Shown here one piece after another: positions 13,195 through 24,014 of a stretch of 64,000 nucleotides of DNA. Numbering within the stretch: position 1 is the stretch's first letter; every line of letters starts with the position of its first letter. The notes beneath the pieces were generated by a model that saw only the letters and a list, made by a program, of their open reading frames with translations, did no database searches and had not been told where the DNA came from. The translations under genes were made by a program, and so were the position numbers. The stretch is from Moniliella sp. 'wahieum' (lineage: Eukaryota): contig RSEE01000016.1 in the NCBI GenBank assembly GCA_003971905.1, forward strand, positions 744,001 to 808,000, given 5' to 3'.

Positions 13195-15200
13195 GTTGGT
13201 CCAAGGCCATCCTGCCATGCGCTTGTCTTCCTCACGTCTCTCACCACCTCCTTTGGTCTTGCGTGGGCGCGAACGAGCACAACTTATTGGGTTGGCGCGG
13301 GGCGTTAACCTGAAAGTCTGCTTTCTTCCTTGAAGTGTCCTTTATCGTTCTCATTCGTGTTCTGCCCCCTTTTGGGTGGTCCTTCCTTCTGTCCTTCTTT
13401 TTTCTCCCCCGCGCTCCTTCATGCACTTCCCCCCTCCTCGCCCCCAAGCCTCATTTTTTTGCCTGTACCAACCGCATCTTCCCCTATCGTTCTTCATACT
13501 CTACTGCTCTTACCATTCATTACCTTGACTCTTTTTTGCCTGATCATTTTTTCTATATCTTTTCCCATTAGCAGCACCTTCTTCTGCTTCTCTGCCAGCC
13601 CTTTTGCTTGACCAAACGTGTACGCATATCCCTCCACCTTGCGCCCGCTGGCCTGCGCATGAACTATCGACTACCCCGCACGCGTGCCAATGTACTTGCA
13701 TACACGTCCCCCAACTTCCCGGTAACCGGTATCCTCACTCGGCAGGGTCGGGGTGTGGGTGTGCTGGCGCTCCACATGGACCGTGCAACCCGCAACAAGC
13801 AACAGGGCCGTCGAAACTTCTTTTTTCAACGGCGTACGCGTGGGGTACAGACGCTGCCGCGCGTCCCCTTAGGCGTAAGTATTGTGGGCCTATGGATGCG
13901 CGGATTCTGAAGCGTTCGGCTCAGACAGGGGTGGCGTGGCTGAGCATGGTATGGATGGAGGATGGAGGACAGAAAACGAGACGCATTGGATCCAATTGCA
14001 TGGGCAAGAAATATGGGGAGACCGCGGACCGTAGGTCCGTCCCCTTTGGGATTGTTTGCCTTGCCCTCTGCTGTCGATCTGGCATGGGACACTATGGTGT
14101 GACATGTGCATGTGACATGCGACATGTGACAAGATATGTGGCGCACCTTCGACGCTGGACCCTTCTTTGGGGCCAAGGTGTGATTTTCGATCCATTTTTG
14201 CCATGATCGATTCTCGACCTTTCTCGACCCATTATCTGCATTATCAATCGAAAGCTGAGCGTGCTGAAGCTCGCGAGGCTGGGGGAAGTGCCGGGGCGTT
14301 GGTGTTGTGTTTGGTCGACAAGAATCTGCGAGAAAAGTAGTTGCATGGGGCGCAACTGCCACCTCTGTTGGGCTTGCCGCACAGGGTGCTCCTGGTGTGT
14401 TGATGCCTGTGATGCATGATGATACCATGGGCTGGCCAAGCCCTGCCAAGCTCCTGGAGTGGCTATGCTGCGTGACGCGTGAAGCTCACCCTTGCGAAGC
14501 TATGACTCCAATGCTCGGCTTGCTCCTCGGTCCGACTCGAGGGCCTGAGACTCCGTCTGATCTAGCGTGTGTGTAGGCGCCTGCGTCCGTCCGGCACTGT
14601 CCCAGCTCTTTTTCTCTGTCCTGCCCAACGATGGGGTTGCGTCATACATCGTGCTCCATAGTTTTAGTTTATGCACCGTGCACGTTCGCGTGGAAACGAG
14701 AAGATGCCCCCGGCGGGCAAAGCAAACACCAAGGTGTGGGGTAGAGACACGAGCCACAGACGTCCCATGGTACTGATATCCGCCGGCGGACAAGCAAGGC
14801 CAGGGAAACCCCGTCGGTGCCATCAACTTCCCTTGAGCTTTTCAAGTCCTCTTTTTGTGTGTGGGCGCAAGCGTCTGCTTTGAGTTTATCGGGAGGATCT
14901 ACGAAAAAAGTACCCATAATAGAGGTATGAATATAATGAATGGTGTGCATCGCAAACGGTGGCATTTGACAATAGATAAGCAAGTATAGTCGTGGTGAGG
15001 CGCGGCCCCTTCCTGTTGTAAACCCGACCCGGCCAAGCACGAGCGGGTAAATGATATAGACATCAGGCGAGAAACTGAGGCACACATCCAAACAGAGGAT
15101 GCCCATCATATTTAGTTGTCTTGAGAGCGGAAGTGGTGGGAAGTAGATGGATAGGCAAGGGAAAAACGAGGATGTGGGTGGGGGGTCCATCGTGGGTACC

Positions 15201-16305
15201 TTACCACCCAGACTGGTACAGCAGCGGGACGGGGAACACATCGTTCTCATCTTCCATCTGCGTCAGTGGCTTGCGCAGCATCGAGCGCCCTCGTGAAGCA
15301 CCAGGGCTGAGTTCCTCCGAAGTGCGGTGCGAGGGGGGAACAGGGGGGCACAGACGCGGAGCTGAAGCAAAGCCGAGAGGAGTCGGCTTGCAAGGGCTCC
15401 GCTTGCCCATCGCACGCGGAATGTACCTGCGTGCGGTGGAACAAAAGGGATAGGAGAGATAGGCGTGGTGGACGACCGTGCCGGGAGCGGTGCCTTGCGC
15501 TGAGGGGGTTGGACCTTGCTCTCCTCATCCAGTTCCATCTCAAATACATCTCCTTCCTCCACGGGGGACGCACGCATTGGCTCGTGGCCCCATGCCCAAG
15601 CAGATGCCGACTGGGTCGGGGAGCACGGAGACTCGGTTCGTCCGTCGCTGCTGAGCTGGACCGCAGGGAAGAACGGGAGGGAACGCGAATGGGAGCGGCG
15701 CTTGCCATGGCCAAACGCACAACCTGGGGGCGATGTGCGATCTGGGTCCCGGCCCCGAACTTTGCTGGTTCTGCGCCCCATACTGCGACCACGGCTTTCC
15801 ATGCGGTGGGTAAGCGAAGTGTGCTGGACGCGAGAGGGCGACGACCAAAGACGAGCGGGTCAAGAGGCGTGGCAATGGACGAGTCTGGACAAGGGTTAGG
15901 TTCGCGATCGGACAGATGCATGCGGTGGAATCGCCACGTACCATCTTCAGGAGTCGACGACGTGGCCGACACTGGCGGCGAGAGTGACAGGCTCGGTGAG
16001 CGGGAAACGTGGGCGGAGCTGGTGCGCGGCGCGCGGGGCACAGGCACAGCCATGGCCATGGACGCCGACAAAGTGCCCATGGAGACTCGGAGAGAGGGCA
16101 GGTACTGGCTACCGATCCTGCCAAGCGGTGGCCGTAGCGACGGACAGGGTGGCGCCGGCGCCGGGGCCTTGCAGTGGGCGCTGGGCCCGCGGCGGGAGAG
16201 AGGCGGAAGCATGAGGCGGCTGGTGCTGGGGGCGGAGGTGCAGAAGTGGGCGGGGCTGAGCTGGAACGGGTGGCCGTGGGCGGGGGCAGTGCGAGAGAGA
16301 GCCAT
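15201..16305 (-). CDS. Hypothetical Ser/Pro-rich protein
   Basis: ATG 16305 about 90 nt downstream of TATATAG (~16395-16401); chained ORFs with EEGDVFEMELDEE and ending QMEDENDVFPVPLLYQSGW. Confidence 0.45.
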
Positions 16306-18063
16306 GGCGATGGTGGGGCTGGGGCTGGACTGGGACTGGCTATTGGTGCATGGAGGAGGGGTGGTGGGCCAGAAAGCAAGGCGGGCGGGGAGGTCTATAT
16401 ATCTCCGCCCCAACCGGCGTTAGCTGCAGGGGCGGCGCTTCCTAGTTACTGCGGCGCACGTGTTGGCCGCCCAGGCACGGCCGCGCAGTACGCAATGCGT
16501 GCGAATGACTCGACTGCTGATGCAATTTTTTTCTCGCCATCCGCCGCCGATCCAACCGGTGGCGTGTTTCCTGGCACGCGTGACCACCGGTATTGACCCG
16601 TGATCATGACTGCGAGTCACCGATCCAGGTGGCCATCTCAGATCGATCTCAGCATCGACATCCATCATCCATTCATCACGCCCCCCTCAAGTTGGCACAT
16701 CGATGGATCGATGGGATGGATGATTGGTCCTAACGGGCGGCAGAAGACGGCAGATGGCGCCATGCCACGCAATTGTCCGGCCACGGATGGATCGCCTATC
16801 CCATCGGCCATCTCTCTAGCCAGGCTGCCGCGGGCGTGCCGGAGGCCATCACGCACCGGACGCCCGCGCGTGCCCGAAGAGTAGTCAGTCAGCTAATCTC
16901 CCTCAATTGCTCAGTACCCAGTGGCGCGCTCCGCTTGCCATATCTGATGGATCCGCAGCACCCCGATCAACACCATCTCGCATCTCTTTCTCATCGATCA
17001 TCGATCTCATCGATGGATCCCGTCAAAGCGCACCAATGCATGCCATCGTCTCAGGCATCTGCGCTCTGCGCAACTATCAACCGATGTGTGCATTGCATCA
17101 GACGACCATATTCACGTCCCGGTCGGAGTACTCAAGACGGAGTACTGAGCGGTGCTCATGCGCTCATTGAATCTTGAATCTTGATCATCAATGATTCATT
17201 CCCCCCTCCTTTTCCGCCACACACCCTCCAGACCTTTCGACCGTTTTTTTTTTTCCGATCGACTCGTAGGCTAGTTGCCCGGGTTACCAAGTTGCCTGAT
17301 CGGTCGCACCGGGACGCCCCTTGCCCGCCTGATGATCGGGTGTTCGTTCCATCTTGGGGGCAATATCGAGTATGGCCTTGGCGCTGTCAGAGGCATAGCA
17401 TAGCTCCGAAAGCAGCTGGGCCATGGAGATTGAAGATGCAAAAAACCGCGACGCAATGACTCGATGACCGGAGAAGACCGATGTGCGGAGTCCAGATACT
17501 CACCAACCCCGCACGTGACTTAAGCTCAGATAATCGACATTCAAGTTGAACGTTGAACGTTCAATGAATACGGCAACCGAGCAGTTCCTCGTTCCCCACG
17601 TGCCGGCCCCCGGCTTGCTTGTGCAGCTTGTCTGGTGCAGCTCCCGCGCGGGCCGCATGGGTGCGAGCCATTGAACGTTGCAACCAGGAAAGAGACTGCC
17701 CCCGTGCGGATGGTCTGCGTGGCGCCGCTCGCGGGGTTAGCCGCCAGCTGCCCCGCGCCTCGTTCTGCGCCACGCGACAGTCCGGGGCCATGGAGCATGC
17801 ATGCCCGGAGTGGCGACCGTGCATAGCAGATCATCGCCGTTGGAGCTGCCTAATCGGGGCGCCAGTCCAGAACACCCCGCCGCGTCCCGGGCATAGCGGG
17901 TGGAGGAGAGGCGGCCTGGCGATGCGCCCGAGAGCCCGCTCCTTCTTGCGCTCCCCCATCTTCTCCGCCCTCCCACCCGCCCTCCCCACGCTCTCCTTCT
18001 GCCCGTCCCCGCTTCCTCCCACTTGTGCCTGCCCACTCCGCCTCTCCGGCTGGTGCGTCACCA

Positions 18064-20185
18064 ATGACGCCCGCCCGCGACGATACGCCAGGTGCCTCCC
18101 TGAGCACTCTTGTCCACCTTGGCACCCACGACCCCTCCGATGCCGTCTCCGATACCTTGGCTGGACCCGGCTCTGCCATCCTCCCCCCACCCCTCCCTCC
18201 CATCACCACCGCTATCCGTCTACGGTGCGTTCTGACAACGAAGACAACCCGCGCTTGGTTGAGTCCCCTGGGCGCGATGTGGCGCGTCAGATGGACGAGG
18301 AGGTGGCCTTGGAACGTGTTCGGAGCGGGGAGAGCATCCTGACTGCCCCCAGTCTTTCTGGCCTCATGGCAGGCTGACACGCCTGCCTTCCGTCGCATCC
18401 CGCGTCCAGGCCAAGCTGCTGAACAAGGGCATGCCCGATTCGAACCAAGACGTGCAGCTGTCGCTGGAAAAGGAGATGGCGCAGCACGAAGCCGAGGAGG
18501 ATCCCAACCTAGTCACTTGGGACAGTCCCAACTCGCGCGAGAACCCACGCAACTGGCCGTATGTGAGGAAACTATTGTGCGCCACCACGGTTGCTCTCTA
18601 CTCTTTCCTTTCGCCCCTTTCTTCCTCGGTTGTCGCGCCAGCGCTCGACCAGATTGCGTTGGACCTAAACGTTCAAAACAAAGCGGAAGTCGATATGGTG
18701 TTCTCGGTCTTTGTGTTGGCCTATGGATTCGGTACGTCGTCTTGTCTTTCCCCATCCCGTCCCACGCCCTCATACCTACTGATATCGGTTGCCCTGGTGC
18801 ATGCCACTCATTCCCCGCCGCCTTGCAGGCCCCTTTATCTGGTCGCCCTTGTCAGAGATCTACGGCCGAAGACCGATCTTGGTCAGTGGCAATCTCATGT
18901 TTCTCGCCTTCAACCTGGGAACTTCCTTTGCCCACAAGGGTGCTGGCGTATCGGGCAAAGTGCAGATGATGGTCCTTCGGTTCCTCGCTGGATTCGGAGG
19001 CAGCGCACCTCTTGTTCTCGGCGGGGCCACCGTAGCCGATCTGTTTGTACCAGCCCAGCGAGGGACAGCAATGAGCATTTACTCGGCTGCGCCGGTCCTT
19101 GCTCCAGCTCTGGGGCCCTTGCTTGGTGGCTGGATAGCAGACCGGTTGACAGGTACCTACAGCTGGAGGGTGTCACTCTGGGCCACCTCGGGTTTTGCCG
19201 CCTTGGTTGCCACAGTGGGCTTTTTTGTGTTGCCCAGACGTACCAGCCACGGATCCTGCATGTCAAGTGCGAAAAGCTCAAGCGCCAGACGGGCAACGAT
19301 AAGCTCTACACTGCGTTTAGCACCGTAGAGCTTCCAACAAGGAACGCATTCGGCGCGCCATGGTCCGGCCTTACTTGATGCTTGGTTCAGAGGTGATCCT
19401 GATGGCGCTGGCCGTGGCCATGGTAATCTTATATGGGTGTTTCTATACTGCGCTTACCAGCTACGAACAGATCTTTAAGCATATTTACCACCAGAGCACC
19501 GTCATTGCCGGGCTCAACTACCTTGCCATCTTTTGGGGTGCTCGATTGGCGGGCAAACAGGGGGTCGAGCGGTTGATATCGTTTACCGTCGTCTGACCGA
19601 GCACAACGGGGGGGTGCGGCAGCCAGAGTTCAAACTTCCCGTCTTTATGATCGGCGCCATTCTTTTCCCTATTGGATTGATTATGTATGGGTTTAGCGCC
19701 CAATATCATGCCTTTTGGTTAGTGCCCGACATTGGTGCTGTTATCTTTGCGTTTGGCAACTTCGTCTGCATTTTGGCTCTGCAAACGTGTACGTACCTTG
19801 CTTCCCTTTCTCTTTCTCTATTGGGTTTGACTAAGGACTGACACCTTTGATGCGCTGGGGTTTGGGGGGTAGACGCTGTCGACTGCTACAGCATCTTTTC
19901 GGCCTCGGCCCTTGCTTCCCTCTGGCACGTTCGTGGTATGGCGGGCTTTGGGTTCCCGCTTTTTCGGTCTACATGTACAATGCGCTCGGGTATGGGTGGG
20001 GCAATGGGTTGGTCGCGCTCATTTTGCCATTGTGGGTCTGCCCACTCCGTTGTGTTTACAAGTACGGCCCGTGGCTCCGCCAACGAAGCAAGTATCATCG
20101 CGCGGCCATGAAGGCAGGTGTCTATAGTCTTGCACACTGTGGAGTCGTGCCGTGCCGAGCGCACCGGAGGGGGCGGGACACGTGA
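18064..20185 (+). CDS. MFS transporter, DHA1 (drug:H+ antiporter) family
   Basis: LVTWDSPNSRENPRNWP, SSVVAPALDQI, GPFIWSPLSEIYGRRP, RFLAGFGGSAP, PALGPLLGG, PEFKL, MYNALGYGWGN; GTACGT introns at ~18732-18828 and ~19788-19872; ends approximate. Confidence 0.9.
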
Positions 20186-20666
20186 CTCGGATGCGAACAT
20201 TTCAACCGTCAACGGACGCCTGGTAAAAATCAGCAGCGGAACGGGCGGAAGAGCCGGCGGGCGGGACCGGGAGGGCCGGGCGGGACCGGGCGGAATACGC
20301 GGTCCGCACGGACTCGGGCCAGCTGAGATCTTCTGGCCGGCAACACCATCGGACGCGCCCTGCTCCCCACGACGCTGGACGCTGGACGCTGAAGGTGGCG
20401 ATGCTTGTGCCCCGCCCCTCCGTTGGCCGTCTGGCCATGGCCGCGCGCACGAGCGTGCGTGCTGGCGCTCTCGCCGCTCCCCGCCGCCCCTGCTCTGCTC
20501 GCCCGCCCATCGCACCGCCTCCTCCTCCTCCTCGCATCGCCATCGCCATCGCCCGCGGCACCCGCTGAGCCCGACAGCCACAACTCTCTTCGTTCCGCCC
20601 CTTCTTCTCCTTCTTCTCCTTCTTCTGCTCCTTCTTCTCCACCCCCAACATCGCACCCAACCGCAG

Positions 20667-23070
20667 ATGCGTCCGTTTCCGCGCCCGTTTCCACACCCTT
20701 TCCACATCTGTTTCCGCCACCACACCCGCCCCTCCATCACCTCCCCCGCCTACGAAGCCAAAGCCGACGGTCGCCTCGACGCTTGAAACTGTCTCAACCA
20801 TCTTGCGTGCTCCTGGCCGCCTGACCCGCTCCACTCTGCAACAGACGCGTCAGGCTGCGCTTGCCCTGCAAGAGCGTACGGCTGCCTCCCGTGCCCGCGC
20901 CCCGTGCTTGGCAACGCGCTCAGCTCCACCCAGTCCTGGGTCCCGTGCTGCGTCTGCTCGTCCGTCTCTGGGCACAGCTAACGGGTGCGATTCGCGCTGC
21001 CTGGCGCGCTGCTGCTGCCCGCGTGGCCAGTCGCCCCGCTGCGCGAAACACCCAGTTGGCGCTGGCGGCCGAAAAGCAAGTTGCTGGCCGGTTGGGACTC
21101 GCTTTTGGGACCGACCGCAATCGCGCGGCAGCGGCCTTGGCCTTGGCCCTGCTGGGTGCCGCGGCGACGCTTGTTTGCCCTGGGTGGCGGGCGGGTTGGT
21201 GGATGCGTATGCGGCGCGCTTGAGCCAGCCGCCTGCGGACGGGGACGTGCCCCGGCGGGCGGGGTGTGGGCAAGTTGTCCTTGACGGGGGTGGCGACTGT
21301 GTTGTTGGTGCTTTTGGCCGCGCGGGCGGGCGGTCAGACGGGTGGGACACTCTTGTTCCAACTGGCTTCCGTTCGCACCTCCACTCGCCTTCGTACGGCT
21401 GTAGGGGAGAAACTGTTGGCAGCTGACGCGCCTTGGGCGCAAGCCCATGGTCGTCTGGCTGCGCAGGCAGCCAACAAAGACTTGGCGACGCTCTGTACGT
21501 TGGATTCCTGTTTGTTTCCTCGTGGTTGATTGGCATGGTACTGACCAGACCGGTGGCCAGCTGCCTCCTTGCAGGGCTCCGTCCTGCCTCTGGTCGGCCA
21601 GGGCGCAGTGGCAACGGGTAGTGCGGTCGCGCTGGTCTCGTCGGCACCTGTGCTGGCTTTAATTCTGGCGGTACTGGTGCCCGCTCTGAGCCGGGCGACC
21701 TATGTCTACGAACGGTTCCTCTCGCACCAGGCCGAGGACGTGGCTGCGTTGCGGCAAAGCGTGGGGTCGGCCTTGGAACATGCGTTCCCCCCGCTACCGA
21801 ATCCACATCACTTGAGCCAACCCAACGGGAAAAGGACCAAGCCGACACTGCCACGTACTTGACCATGAAGCGACTGGCCAAGAAGGAGAGGTAGCCGCCT
21901 CGTTGGCACGACACGTTGACGCGCTCGCGCAGGCCGAACGGGCCCAGGCCCAGGCGTGGGGGATCCATTCCGGTGGAGCTGGCTTACTGGGCAATGGAGT
22001 GGCTCTCGCGCTCCTCGGCTACGGCGGTCTGTTGGTCGCGCGTGGCACCCTCTCACCGGGGCACTGGTCTCCCTCTCGTTGTACACTGCTCTCCTTGGCA
22101 ACGCGCTCCCGCCCACCCGTGCGGCCTATTCGCAGACGGCCAATGGGCTGGCCGCTGCCAAACGGTTGTTTGACTTGCTGGAACCCACAGGGGGCGAGCC
22201 AACCCAGGCCCGAGCTCTCCCTGAGGACCAACCCCCCGGTCCCAACTCTTTGGTGCAGTTTATCAACGTATCTACTCGGCCCGGCGCCGAGCCCGTACTG
22301 AACAAGGCCGATCTCACCGTGCCGGCGGGGCAGAGTGCCGTGTTTGTGGTACCGCCCGGACCGAGTTCCAGCCAGGAGCGGGGCGTCGGTGTTTGACTTG
22401 GTGCAGGGCTTGGCCGTTCCCCAAGATGGACAAGTGCAGGTGGATGGCGCACCTCGTTCGCCCGGCTGTCTGCGCAAGGCTTTTGTCGCCGTTGAGGCTC
22501 TCCCCTCGTTTGGCGCGGACCAGACCATTGGTCAGGCCATTGCTTCGGGCGCCGAAGCAGGCGCACGCGTGGCGACTGACAAGGAGCTGGAACGAGCAAT
22601 CCAATGGGCTCAGTGCGACAATCTAGCTGTTTCTCCGGGTCTGGACGCCCCTGCCAAAGACCTGAGCGGTACAAATGCCTGGCGTGTCGGCTTGGCCCGC
22701 GCCTTGGTTCGTGTCCAGACCCAGACTGGCTCGGTGGATTCCAGTCCTCCCGTCCTCCTCCTCGATCTGCGTGGGGTGGAGCGGGCTGCCTCCCTAGCCG
22801 AACCCGGGGGGGAACAGGGCGCCTACCTCGCCGCGCAGGCCATTGCCGCCACTCACAAACCGTAGGGGCACCCATCTGGATTCCTCCTCGCTTGGCACGT
22901 CCAAATCCATTTGGCCTCAGCTCCAGCCGCATGTGCTTGTCCTCTCTCCCGAAGGCCAGGTGGTGCAAGCAGGCTCGCTCGACACGGTCGATCTGCCCGG
23001 CTCTGCATTCCAAACGATGCTAGCCAAGGCGCGGCTGCCTCCTTCTCCTCTGTCTGCACCGGGCCCTGAG
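20667..23070 (+). CDS. ABCB (Mdl1-like) half ABC transporter, TMD-NBD, with degenerate NBD motifs; probably mitochondrial
   Basis: Arg-rich N-terminus; TMD segments LALLGYGGLLVARGTLSPGALVSLSLYTALLG and GLAAAKRLFDLL; NBD VQFINVS..PVLNKADLTVPAGQSAVFV, GQVQVDG, LSGTNAWRVGLARAL, VLLLDL, VLVLSPEGQVVQAG. Confidence 0.75.
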
Positions 23071-23080
23071 GACCCTCACC

Positions 23081-23423
23081 ATCGTCTTGCTCTGGCGGGA
23101 CGTGCTCCGTTGTCGGGGGCCTGGGCTCGCCCCAAGCGCCAACGTTCAAGCCTCCGGGCCAACAAACGGTCGCCTTGCACACCTCGGCTCGCCGCATGGA
23201 CGCACTTAACCAGACCGAGCAGTGGAGCGTTGCGGAGGCCACTGCTGCCCCGTTACGCCCCCTCTCCCCTGCCCAGCTCGACGCGCTGCATCTTCATGCT
23301 CAGCTCGCACCACCGAGCTGGCCTGGGGCACCGCCAGCGCCAGAGGATCTGGACGAAATGTTGGCCATGTTCCATTCGGTCCAAACCAAAGACCTCCAAC
23401 CCAACGAGAAAGGCGAGCCATGA
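23081..23423 (+). CDS. GatC/GatF-like small mitochondrial domain preceded by a presequence-like linker (fused to or abutting the ABC gene)
   Basis: RLALAGRAPLSGAWARPKRQRSSLRANKRS/LHTSARR then QWSVAE..LSPAQLDALHLHAQLAPP..EDLDEMLAMFHSVQTKD..EP; pattern recalled from GatC-like proteins, not verified by search. Confidence 0.5.
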
Positions 23424-24014
23424 GGCATGAGGCGCCCAAAATGAGAAGTGAGAATATGCATTTTCTTGGACCTGGTGAGCCAAAGTGGTCGGTGGATAGC
23501 GCAGCTATGCGTGGGAGGGTGGACAGGTAGTTGAGAGGCATGGATAGGCACGATGATCGATATGATTGATGATCGATGAACGTTGAACTGGAGACGAACT
23601 ACGATCATATGGCACAAGCAACTGATTCTCTCGGCCCAATTTCGCTGTGGGGTGTGCACGTTATGAAGTCCAGATATTTTCTGCGAAAGATGGTATGGAC
23701 ATGAAGTCTTCTCCTGAGGCTTGAAGCTGGGTATGGGACTCCAGAGTGAAGGGAGAAAGAGAAAGCAAGCTGGGCCAGGCGATGGGGTAGCCAGAGATCC
23801 AAGACGTCAGCCTGGCCCGACAGCCAGCAGAAGGGGAAATGTGTTATTGTGCAACCTGTAATTCTAGCAGCCAGTCAGTACCGAAACCATACAATGGCGC
23901 GGGGAATGGGACATACTGTATCTAGCGGGGGCAAAAACAGAACGGGGCCAAAGTGGCTGGGGAGGTGAGATCGAGGATTTTGATAGTGGGCAATGGAATC
24001 GGGGCGTGTCAGGA

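Noticed and set aside
15431..16423. Long antisense ORFs here and at 20850-21968 and 29744-30520
   Set aside because: Shadows of GC-rich coding regions on the opposite strand
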